Below are positions 56,065-64,000 of a stretch of DNA of 64,000 bases, one piece after another. The DNA is taken from the NCBI GenBank assembly GCA_965247635.1, contig CBDFHJ010000010.1, positions 261,918 to 325,917 on the forward strand, written 5' to 3'. The notes under the pieces are model-generated. The model saw only the letters and a program-made list of their open reading frames with translations, was not told the origin of the DNA and searched no databases. The position numbers were made by a program, and so were the translations under genes. The stretch comes from Dehalococcoidia bacterium. Its GTDB lineage: Bacteria; Chloroflexota; Dehalococcoidia; Lucifugimonadales; Australimonadaceae. The stretch's first letter is position 1. Each line of letters begins with the position of its first letter.

Positions 56065-57051
56065 TCAGGGGCTGGATGGAGGTCTGGCGAGCTCCCTGAG
56101 GGCCCTGTTGTAGCGTCGTCGCCGTTCGGTGGTTTGAGCCTTCACCTCCTTCCTGCGTTGTAGGATCTCTTGCCGTCTTCCCTTGAGCACGTCTGATGGT
56201 GTCACGTTGCCCAGAGCCTTGTGATAGCGCCGGTAGTTGTAGTAGCTGACGAAGGCCGCGATAGCAGCCTCAAGGTCGGCGGGCAACTCATAAGGCACCT
56301 GGTTGACGTCCCGTTTGATGGTCTGGTGGTAGCGCTCCAGCTTCCCGTTGGTCTGAGGGTGGAAAGGAGTTGCTAGGATGTGCTTGATGCCAACCATCCC
56401 CAGGTAGTCCCTGAATGCTCTTGAGACATAGCCTGGACCGTTGTCACTCAGCAGCCTGGTGCGGTCTGTGACTGGAACTTGGTCCATGCTGGTCGTGTCC
56501 ACAGCATCCTGGACCACCTCGATGAAGGAGTCGGCCGTCATATCTTGCTGAAGCCTGTGAGCCAGGATGAAGCGGGAGTAGTCGTCCATAACGGTGACCA
56601 GGTAGTAGTAGCCCCACCCAACCACCCTGAAGTATGAGGCATCGGTGGCCCACATCTGGTGAGGTCCTGTGGTCTTGAGGTGGTACTCCTTCCCCGCGGC
56701 CAACCGCATCTCAGGCCTCTTCACTAGGCCCTCCCTGCCCAGGATACGGTAGACGCTGGACTCTGAGACTGAGAAGCCCTGGTTGTCGGTGATCCCCGCG
56801 GCCAGCTGACGGCAGCTCAGCTCTGGCATCTCCCTGGCTGATAACAGGACTGAGCGTTCTTCCTGAATAGTAAGACGGTTCCATGGTGGCTGATCGCCTC
56901 CTGGTCGGTCCTCAAGTCCTTGTTGGTCTTGGCGTCTGAGCCACCGGTAGTAGGTGCTCTTAGGGATGCCCAGCTCTCTGAGGACCTTTCGCTTGGGGAG
57001 GGGAGACGAGGATACTTTGGTAACTACCTCTGCCTTCTCCGGGGCGCTCAT
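56065..57051 (-). CDS. IS-A OrfB transposase, intact
   Basis: 328 aa, identical to 19208..20194. Confidence 0.9.
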   Translation of the reverse strand: MSAPEKAEVVTKVSSSPLPKRKVLRELGIPKSTYYRWLRRQDQQGLEDRPGGDQPPWNRLTIQEERSVLLSAREMPELSCRQLAAGITDNQGFSVSESSVYRILGREGLVKRPEMRLAAGKEYHLKTTGPHQMWATDASYFRVVGWGYYYLVTVMDDYSRFILAHRLQQDMTADSFIEVVQDAVDTTSMDQVPVTDRTRLLSDNGPGYVSRAFRDYLGMVGIKHILATPFHPQTNGKLERYHQTIKRDVNQVPYELPADLEAAIAAFVSYYNYRRYHKALGNVTPSDVLKGRRQEILQRRKEVKAQTTERRRRYNRALRELARPPSSP

Positions 57052-57455
57052 CCGCTGGTACCGGTGGCGTCCTGGGGCATGGGGATGACCGTTTTTTTGA
57101 GACGGTACGCCTCCAGCGACAGATCGGCCACTAGCTCCTTGAGTTCCCCGTTCTCTCGCTTGAGTTGCCCTACCTCATGCTGAGTGGCGTCCCGAACCGA
57201 GTCACGGGTCAACCTCTCCTTGCCCGCCTCCATGAACTCTTTGGTCCACGAGTAGTAGGAGTGGGGCTTGATCCCCTCCCGCCGGCACAGGTCGTTGACT
57301 GTGACCTCGCGGCGGAAGCCCTCCAGAACAATTCGGATCTTCTCTTCGGGGGTGTACTTACGTCGGGCAGCCGCCTTCACTGTGCGGACGAAAGACCTGG
57401 TCTGCTCGCTTCGTTCCTCGGCGGCCTCTGCTTTGCTTACTTCTAGTTGGGACAC
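57048..57455 (-). CDS. IS-A OrfA
   Basis: 135 aa. Confidence 0.85.
   Translation of the reverse strand: MSQLEVSKAEAAEERSEQTRSFVRTVKAAARRKYTPEEKIRIVLEGFRREVTVNDLCRREGIKPHSYYSWTKEFMEAGKERLTRDSVRDATQHEVGQLKRENGELKELVADLSLEAYRLKKTVIPMPQDATGTSG
57092..57098 (-). promoter_or_regulatory. A7 slippery run (candidate -1 frameshift site) of IS-A copy 5
   Basis: T7 on the plus strand, at the same position as 19161..19167 in copy 3. Confidence 0.5.
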
Positions 57456-57537
57456 ATCTGCTCCTTTCTGCGGGTAGCTCTACCCTCATTTCAGGAGCTC
57501 ACACCACCCTCCGACTCTCGGGTTTTCCTACCCTTAT

Positions 57538-58974
57538 ATGTGTCCCATTATCGCTGACGGTCTACAGACGTCGGTACTGATAAAGGGTGGACGTATCGTT
57601 ACGGCCGTGGACGACTACACCGCGGACATCCTCATCGATGATGGTCGGGTGCGGACTATCGGCCTGGATATCTCCGTCGGCGCCAACGTGGAGGTGCACG
57701 ACGCCACGGGGCTGCTGGTGCTACCGGGCGGCGTGGATGTCCATACCCACCTGGACTGGGAGTTCGGCGCCGCCCGCACCGCCGACACGTTCGGGACCGG
57801 GACCACGGCGGCGGCCTTCGGCGGCACCACAACGCTGGTGGACTTCGCCGCCCAAACGCGAGGGCAAAGCCCCCTGGCCGGGCTGGAGGACTGGCACCGA
57901 CGCGCCCAGAGTGCCTGCGTGGACGTCGGCGCGCACATGATCATGATCGATGTCAACGCGCAAACCCTGGAGGACATGAAGACGCTGCTCACCCATGAAG
58001 GCGTCACCACGATCAAGCTCTTCATGGCGTACCCTGGCGTGCTCATGGTGGACGACGCAAACCTCTTCCGAGCCATGCGAATCGTGGGGGCAAACGGCGG
58101 CATGGTGTGCGTGCACGCCGAGAACGGGCAGGTTATCCAGGTCCTCGTTGAAGAGGCGCGCGCCCAGGGACACACCGGGCCCAAGTACCATATGCTGACC
58201 CGTCCAACCGTGATGGAAGGGGAAGCCACGCATCGGGCTATCCGCATTTCGGAGCTTGCGGAGGCGCCCATCTACATCGTCCACCTCTCCGCTCTGGAGG
58301 CCCTCAGCGCGGTCACGGAGGCGCGAGACCGCGGAATTCCCATCCACGCGGAGACGTGCCCGCACTACCTGTTCCTGACCGACGAAGAGTACGACCGGCC
58401 GGGCTTCGAGGCGGCCAAGTTCGTGATGACGCCGCCGCTGCGCACTCGCGAACACCAGGCGGCCCTCTGGCGGGGCCTGCAGACCGACGACCTCCAAGTC
58501 ATCTCGACCGATCACTGCCCCTTCTGCTTCCAAGCGCAGACCTTGGGGATGAAGTTCTCCAAGGAGCTGGGACGCGAGGACTTTAGCAAGATCCCCAACG
58601 GCGCCCCCGGTGTCGAGGCACGGCTTCCTTTGGTGTTCGACGGCGGCGTCCGAGACAACGGCATGTCCCTGAACCGCTTCGTGGAGCTGACCTCGACGGC
58701 CCCCGCGAAGCTGTTCGGGCTCTTCCCAAAGAAGGGCACCATCGCGGTGGGCTCCGACGGAGACATCGTCCTGTTCGACCCCAACGAGACGTGGACCATC
58801 ACCGCCGCGGAGCAGCATAGCCGAGCGGACTACACCCTGTTCGAGGGACGCTCGGTCACGGGACGCGTGGCGAAGGTCTTCCTCCGCGGGGAGCTTATCG
58901 TCGATGGAGCACAGTGGCGTGGGCGGGAGGGCATGGGGGAGTTCGTCCATCGCGGCGAGGCGGGCAAGGCGTAG
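57538..58974 (+). CDS. Dihydropyrimidinase / D-hydantoinase; first 10 codons supplied by the IS-A end
   Basis: GGVDVHTHLD metal motif, plus IKLFMAYPG, VHAENG and STDHCPF. Codons 1..10 (MCPIIADGLQ) lie inside the IS left repeat. The native sequence starts at TSVLIKGGRIV (57568). Confidence 0.85.
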   Translation: MCPIIADGLQTSVLIKGGRIVTAVDDYTADILIDDGRVRTIGLDISVGANVEVHDATGLLVLPGGVDVHTHLDWEFGAARTADTFGTGTTAAAFGGTTTLVDFAAQTRGQSPLAGLEDWHRRAQSACVDVGAHMIMIDVNAQTLEDMKTLLTHEGVTTIKLFMAYPGVLMVDDANLFRAMRIVGANGGMVCVHAENGQVIQVLVEEARAQGHTGPKYHMLTRPTVMEGEATHRAIRISELAEAPIYIVHLSALEALSAVTEARDRGIPIHAETCPHYLFLTDEEYDRPGFEAAKFVMTPPLRTREHQAALWRGLQTDDLQVISTDHCPFCFQAQTLGMKFSKELGREDFSKIPNGAPGVEARLPLVFDGGVRDNGMSLNRFVELTSTAPAKLFGLFPKKGTIAVGSDGDIVLFDPNETWTITAAEQHSRADYTLFEGRSVTGRVAKVFLRGELIVDGAQWRGREGMGEFVHRGEAGKA

Positions 58975-59205
58975 CGCTTGATAAGCGGTCCGCTTGCCCC
59001 CTCTTGCTTGCGGGTCAAGCCGTGATAGCAGTTGGGAAATGTTGGAGGTCCCATGACAGACCAACACGAAGCTAGTAGTCTGTCCGGGAAATACGTTTCA
59101 TCTCTTTGTCACCCTGAGAGTGGCGAAGGGTCTCTCGGGTGAGAGATTCTTCGTCCGCCTGCGGTGGCCTCAGAATGACAGGAACTTCGTGGACTAAGCA
59201 CTAGT

Positions 59206-60441
59206 ATGACCGTAGCGGAGATAAACGGCGACCGCCTCTGGCAGCGGCACATGGAGATGGCCCAGGTTGGCGCAACCGGACGTGGCGGCGTCAATCGCCA
59301 GGCCCTCACGCCGGAGGACGCACAGGCCCGTGTCCTGCTGCTGGGTTGGGCAGCGTCCAGGGGCTTTTCAGCGGAGCTCGACCCCATCGGCAACCTGTTC
59401 ATCCGCCGCCCAGGCCGCGATCCATCAGCAAGCCCGGTGCTGGCCGGGTCACACCTGGACACCCAGCCCGCGGGAGGGAACTTCGACGGAGTCTTTGGCG
59501 TCCTCGCGGCCTTTGAAGCGCTGGAAACATTGGAGGATGCGGGTACCACGACCCAGCGTCCCCTGGAGGTCGTGGTGTGGACCAACGAGGAGGGCGCCAG
59601 GTTCCAACCGACAACCATGGGCTCAGCCGTCTTCGCCGGCGCGCTGGCCCTAAGCGATGTTCTCAATACGACGGACAGGGCTGGCGTTACCGTAGCGGAG
59701 GCCCTTGGCGAGACGCTGAAGGCCTTGCCTGGCACCGGGCGGCGCGGTCTGGGGTTCCCGGTACACGCATACCTGGAGGCCCACATCGAGCAGGGGCCAG
59801 TCCTAGAGGCGACTGGGACCACCATCGGCGCGGTGACTGCCATCCAGAGCCTCCGTTGGTTCACCGTTGAGGTCCATGGCGAAGAGGCCCATGCCGGGAC
59901 GACCCCTCGACGGTCGAGGCGGGACGCGCTCGCGGCCGCCGTGCGCATGGTGACGGCCCTGGAGGAGCTGATGCGAGATGAGGCGGACACGGTGCGCTTT
60001 ACCGTGGGACGGTTCGAGGTCTCGCCCAACTCCCCAAACACCGTGCCGGGCCGCGTGCTCTTCACCATCGACTTCCGCCATCCGGAGCGCGAAGTGCTTG
60101 CCCGCCTCGGAGGCCAGGTGGAGCAGGTCTGCCGTCTCCACCAGGGTGACTGCACCGTAACCGTTACCGAGACGCTCAACTCATCTCCCACCAGGTTGGA
60201 CTCCACGGTGCTTGACGTCGTTAGGCGGGCAGCTCGGCGCTTGGAATTGCCGCAGATGGACATCGTCTCGGGAGCAACCCACGACGCCAAGTACATGGCG
60301 GGGCTCTGTCCCACTGGCATGGTATTCGTGCCGTGTCTACAGGGGATCAGTCACAGTGAAGCCGAGCGCGCATCCCCCGAGGACCTTGTCTCAGGGGCGC
60401 GTGTCCTCGCGGAGGCGCTGGTGGAGCTGGCCGGCCGCTGA
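59206..60441 (+). CDS. M20-family amidohydrolase (N-carbamoyl-amino-acid / beta-ureidopropionase / allantoate amidohydrolase type)
   Basis: 411-aa ORF with SHLDTQPAGGNFDG and WTNEEGARF, which are typical metal-binding motifs of the family. Confidence 0.8.
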   Translation: MTVAEINGDRLWQRHMEMAQVGATGRGGVNRQALTPEDAQARVLLLGWAASRGFSAELDPIGNLFIRRPGRDPSASPVLAGSHLDTQPAGGNFDGVFGVLAAFEALETLEDAGTTTQRPLEVVVWTNEEGARFQPTTMGSAVFAGALALSDVLNTTDRAGVTVAEALGETLKALPGTGRRGLGFPVHAYLEAHIEQGPVLEATGTTIGAVTAIQSLRWFTVEVHGEEAHAGTTPRRSRRDALAAAVRMVTALEELMRDEADTVRFTVGRFEVSPNSPNTVPGRVLFTIDFRHPEREVLARLGGQVEQVCRLHQGDCTVTVTETLNSSPTRLDSTVLDVVRRAARRLELPQMDIVSGATHDAKYMAGLCPTGMVFVPCLQGISHSEAERASPEDLVSGARVLAEALVELAGR

Positions 60442-60462
60442 ACAACAAGGGGGGGCATCCCG

Positions 60463-61737
60463 CTAGCCGACTTCGGTCTCCGCCACCACCGTAGACTCCT
60501 CGCCAAAGCCCCTTAGCTCGCGCAGCTGAGGACTGAGTACGCCCGCCAAAGCGACGACCACGAACACCATGAACGCTCCGCCACCCACCGCCAGCGGGGC
60601 CCCTACGAAGTTCGCGGTCACCCCGAGGGTAGCCGCGCCTAGCGGCACCATGCTCCACCGAAGGCTCTGCAGTCCCATGACGCGGCCCCGAAGCGCGTCA
60701 GGTACGATCATTTGTATCGCGATGGTGATGAGCGTCACGTTGGAAAAGGCGAAAAAGCCCAGGAACGGCATCAGCGCCACCGATAGGACGTACCAATGAC
60801 TGAACGCGAAGGCCATTAGGATGCCGCACGCCATTAGCAGCTGGACGGTCAACAGTTTGCCCACGTGGAACCGCTGCGCCAGCAGCGGGGTCGTGAAAGT
60901 CCCGACGATAGAGCCCACCCCCGTGGCGGAAGCCAATAATCCGAGGCCGCGGGCATCCACGTGGAGAATGTCCTTGGCGAATATCGGCATGAGCATCATG
61001 TAGCTGAAGGCAAACATGCCTGAGAAAAAACTGAGGCCGATAAGTATCCGGACCGTCTTTTCCCTCCAACAGTAGCGGGCCCCCTCTTTAAGGTCTTCCA
61101 GTGGACTTGCCGAGCTGGCTCTAGGCATCCGGCTTACCCGGACCAACCGGACCGCAATGGTCAAAATAGCGAAGGACATAGCCGAAACAAGGAAGCTTTG
61201 ACCAGCGCCGGCGTAAGCGATAACAAACCCAGCAATGGCTGGTGCGACCACGCTGGTAACCTGCCATATGGCTGAGAATACGGTCACCGCGTTCACGAGC
61301 TGGGAGCGGTCTGGCAACAAAAGTGGATACAGTGACATACGACTGGGGTTTTCGAATGATTGCGTCGCGCCGATGAAGAACGCCGCTACCATCAGGTGCC
61401 ACAATTCCACTAGGCCAGCTATGGTGAGAGAGGCCAGCGTGCCTACGACTACCATGGCCACTAGCTGAACCGTAATAATCACGTAGCGCTTGTCCAGCCG
61501 GTCGGCGGCAACGCCTCCCAACATCGTTAGCGCAATCGTAGGTATGGCCTGGAAGAGCGCAACGTAGCCTAGGGACAAAGGAGAGCCGGTCAGGTCGAAA
61601 GCGAGCCAGCCCAAAGTGAAGAGCAGCATCATCTGGCCCGTCACCTGCACCAAGAGGCCGGACCAGAATACGCGGAAGTCCCGGAACCGTAGAACGGCCA
61701 ATACGTGAAGAGGGTTGGTGTGTGTAGCCGTCTTCAT
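60463..61737 (-). CDS. MFS transporter
   Basis: 424-aa ORF with about 12 hydrophobic spans and a GGVAADRLDKR loop motif. Confidence 0.8.
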   Translation of the reverse strand: MKTATHTNPLHVLAVLRFRDFRVFWSGLLVQVTGQMMLLFTLGWLAFDLTGSPLSLGYVALFQAIPTIALTMLGGVAADRLDKRYVIITVQLVAMVVVGTLASLTIAGLVELWHLMVAAFFIGATQSFENPSRMSLYPLLLPDRSQLVNAVTVFSAIWQVTSVVAPAIAGFVIAYAGAGQSFLVSAMSFAILTIAVRLVRVSRMPRASSASPLEDLKEGARYCWREKTVRILIGLSFFSGMFAFSYMMLMPIFAKDILHVDARGLGLLASATGVGSIVGTFTTPLLAQRFHVGKLLTVQLLMACGILMAFAFSHWYVLSVALMPFLGFFAFSNVTLITIAIQMIVPDALRGRVMGLQSLRWSMVPLGAATLGVTANFVGAPLAVGGGAFMVFVVVALAGVLSPQLRELRGFGEESTVVAETEVG

Positions 61738-61959
61738 CTCGTCAGTTGTGCACTACGCCCCGGAATAGCCAACCCTTCGCAAGAAATGCCCCGCTTTTCC
61801 AAGCACCGGTCCCCCTATCATATGGCAGAGGGTGATAACGCCTGAAGTGCCTAATCTACTACCGATGGACCGAATGAGCGAGTCTAGCGTAAAGCTCGAC
61901 TCTCCCCCATCTCGACCGCTAACGAGCACTTCTCATTCCACTGCTGATAAACTGGCGAC

Positions 61960-62270
61960 GTGCGTACCCTTGTGCCGTGGGTACTAGGCTTTGCCGCGGG
62001 CCTGCTACTTCTGGCGGCCTGCACCCAGCCGGGCTCGACTCCTGACACAACCCCGGACTTCACACCGACGGCCACCTCCGCGTCGGCAACTCCCACACGG
62101 TCACTCACGCCGACACCCAGCCCTTCGCAGACCACAGCGGCGCCATCACCGACGGCCACTGCTACGGTACCGACGCCATCACTCACACCCACGCTGATGC
62201 CATCTCCCACGCCGTCGCCGACCCCCACGCTGCCCCCAGGGCCCGCGCCCACCCTTGAGGTCGGATGCGC
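61960..62270 (+). pseudogene. Lipoprotein signal peptide plus Pro/Thr-rich linker, probably the detached 5' part of 62265..63590
   Basis: MRTLVPWVLGFAAGLLLLAAC has a canonical LAAC lipobox and is followed by a PT-rich linker. The frame degenerates after about 62260 while the next frame becomes protein-like. Confidence 0.45.
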
Positions 62271-63590
62271 CTTCACCCGCGTCCCGCTGGACCAGCGAGT
62301 GAGGTGTGGGTCCACTCCGAGGACGACATCGAAACGCTCTCCTGGTCCGCCCCGGGCGGCTCGCCCGACACGGGTAGCGACAACACGTTCTGGCCACGCT
62401 TTTCCTCCCTGGGCGAGGCCTTCATAGCCCTGGAGGCGTGTAATCGGGGGGCCTGCACAACCGCGGTGCACTACTTCCAGGTCGTCGAGGATGCCAGGAC
62501 CTGGATCGGGCCGCCTGAGTGCTCAGGCAAGGACGTGAAGTTCACGGCGTCACCCATGGGCTCGGACGCGCTCGTGGGCATAACGCCCATGGGGCAGATG
62601 GGGGATGATCACGTGACACCCACCGACCACACCTACTTCTACCACGATCAGCCGGAGGTGTTCCCTCTACCGTACGACATCAGGGCGCTGGCTGACGGGT
62701 ACATCGTCAAGCTCAGGACGATGCCTGGGCATCTGAGGCCCAGCCCTGAGGACCCGGACGGTCTGTGGGAGGACTGGCGCCTCATCATTTGGCACTCCTG
62801 CACCATCTCCACGATCTACATCCACGTGGGCGGCATCGCTCCGGAGATTCTCGATCAGGCGGAAAACGACCGGGAGTGGCCGGAGTACCGTTGGGAAGGG
62901 TCTCCCGCCATACCGGTCAAGGCGGGGCAAGTCATTGGGAAGGCTCACTATCGATACTCCCTTGACTTCAGCGTCCACGATATCTCGGTTATCCTCAGCG
63001 GCTTCATGGTCCCGTCTCACTATACAAGCGCCTGGAAGATCCACACCATGGACCCCTTCGACTACTTCGCGGAGCCCCTAAGGAGTCAGCTCCTGGAGAA
63101 GAATGCCAGGACCGCGGAGCCCAGGGGCGGCAAGATCGACTTCGACATCGACGGCCGGCTGGTGGGAAACTGGTTCCTAGACGGTACCGTGACTTACAAC
63201 GCCTCTAGGCCCCTGAGTGTCCCCTACAAGTGGTACGGGCATCTCTCCATCGTCTACGACCACTACGACCCGGCGCTGATCAGGATCAGCATCGGGGCCG
63301 ATACGGGAATCAACGAGGAAGGATGCAGCCAGTGCGCTGGCACCTACGGGGTGAGAGGCAACGCTCCCGACCCCGCCGCGATCACCGTGGATTCAGGGCT
63401 CGTGAAATACGAGCTCCTCGACCGCTCCGGATATCCTAGCATGAGTGAGCGGAACGACGAGCGCAGAACGCTTGGGGTCTTCCTGGCACAGATGATCGAC
63501 GACCGGACTATCCAGGTCGAAGTGGTCCCAGACCAGACCGCCGACGAGGTGTACGGCTTCTCCGACGCCGCAAGCATTTACCGCAGGTAG
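62265..63590 (+). CDS. Hypothetical secreted protein (441-aa ORF; true 5' end probably in 61960..62270 via a frameshift)
   Basis: Long ORF with ordinary amino-acid composition. No motif recognised. Confidence 0.55.
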   Translation: MRLHPRPAGPASEVWVHSEDDIETLSWSAPGGSPDTGSDNTFWPRFSSLGEAFIALEACNRGACTTAVHYFQVVEDARTWIGPPECSGKDVKFTASPMGSDALVGITPMGQMGDDHVTPTDHTYFYHDQPEVFPLPYDIRALADGYIVKLRTMPGHLRPSPEDPDGLWEDWRLIIWHSCTISTIYIHVGGIAPEILDQAENDREWPEYRWEGSPAIPVKAGQVIGKAHYRYSLDFSVHDISVILSGFMVPSHYTSAWKIHTMDPFDYFAEPLRSQLLEKNARTAEPRGGKIDFDIDGRLVGNWFLDGTVTYNASRPLSVPYKWYGHLSIVYDHYDPALIRISIGADTGINEEGCSQCAGTYGVRGNAPDPAAITVDSGLVKYELLDRSGYPSMSERNDERRTLGVFLAQMIDDRTIQVEVVPDQTADEVYGFSDAASIYRR

Positions 63591-63804
63591 CCAAGCGCAC
63601 ATTGCGCCAACGAGGGCGGCTGGCGGCACGTACCGAATTCAATAGGCTGGTAGCGAGATCGCGTGGCTTTCTCAGGGAGTCCAGGATAGCTTTGGGGGGC
63701 TGGGCTTCGTCCCTCTCCATCTCCACCAGTAACAAGCGTTCGCCTATTGGCAAATTGGCCTAATTTCCTGTTCTGTTATTACAAACTGGGACAGGCTGGG
63801 AGGT

Positions 63805-64000
63805 TCAGTCGGCGGCTCCGTCGGGGAGCGGAACTCGCGCGCCGTGCGTCACGATAGTTCCGGCAGCTCGTGCTGGCTCGCCGTTCACCGTGCCCTCGAC
63901 GTAGAACGTCACCGTGATAGTGTCCGCTATGCCGCTGTCCGCCGATGGATCTTCCGCTATGTAATCGAAGTTGCTGGCCAGTTGGTTTAGCGCTCGCGCG
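63805..64000 (-). CDS. Partial CDS (C-terminal 64 codons), unknown function
   Basis: The minus frame is open to the window edge: ..FDYIAEDPSADSGIADTITVTFYVEGTVNGEPARAAGTIVTHGARVPLPDGAAD-stop. Confidence 0.4.
   Translation of the reverse strand, partial: ARALNQLASNFDYIAEDPSADSGIADTITVTFYVEGTVNGEPARAAGTIVTHGARVPLPDGAAD

Larger units (their letters stand above)
56023..57566 (-). mobile_element. IS-A copy 5, the only fully intact copy
   Basis: Both terminal repeats, intact orfA and orfB, and the A7 slippery run are all present. Confidence 0.9.

Noticed and set aside
59109-60320. 403-aa ORF antisense to the M20 amidohydrolase gene. The same applies to 57721..59067 and 57615..58271 (antisense to the dihydropyrimidinase gene) and to 25141..25980 and 25059..25829 (in or opposite the YfcH-type gene).
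   Set aside because: Their composition is Arg/Pro/Ser/Gly-rich and low in complexity, as expected for off-frame reading of GC-rich coding DNA. The overlapping frames carry clear enzyme motifs.

Overview
GC-rich bacterial DNA that is heavily loaded with insertion sequences. At least eight IS types are present: one IS256-family, five distinct IS3-family, one IS1182-family and one IS1-family. Many copies are nested, truncated or frameshifted. One 1.54-kb IS3-family element, called IS-A here, occurs five times plus solo-end remnants. Between the ISs lie: (1) a 1329-aa membrane-anchored protein built from about 43 plant-type 24-residue leucine-rich repeats; (2) a broken operon with a uracil-DNA-glycosylase-superfamily-like gene; (3) a 2.9-kb IS1-family transposon with three passenger genes (HigA-like HTH fused to an ImmA/IrrE metallopeptidase, an unknown 163-aa protein, a small basic protein); (4) housekeeping-like genes (VOC, TIGR01777/YfcH-type, UspA, tRNA-Val-TAC); (5) a block of secreted or lipoprotein genes; (6) a mobile-element-like module (coiled-coil HTH protein, LexA-type box, coupling-protein-like membrane ATPase, 550-aa replication-relaxation-family protein, VapBC, large serine recombinase, and a second decayed recombinase); (7) an ABC-2 exporter with three tandem paralogous permeases; (8) a dnaE2 remnant next to an SRAP-type gene; (9) a dihydropyrimidinase, carbamoylase and MFS cluster. 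The main structural result is that 12689..57566 (44.9 kb) is bracketed by two same-orientation IS-A copies with a 3-bp GAC duplication. Removing it rebuilds the SD and GTG start of the dihydropyrimidinase gene. Most of this window is therefore one IS-mediated insertion, either a composite transposon or an integrated replicon. All protein-family calls rest on motifs recognised by eye; no database search was run.
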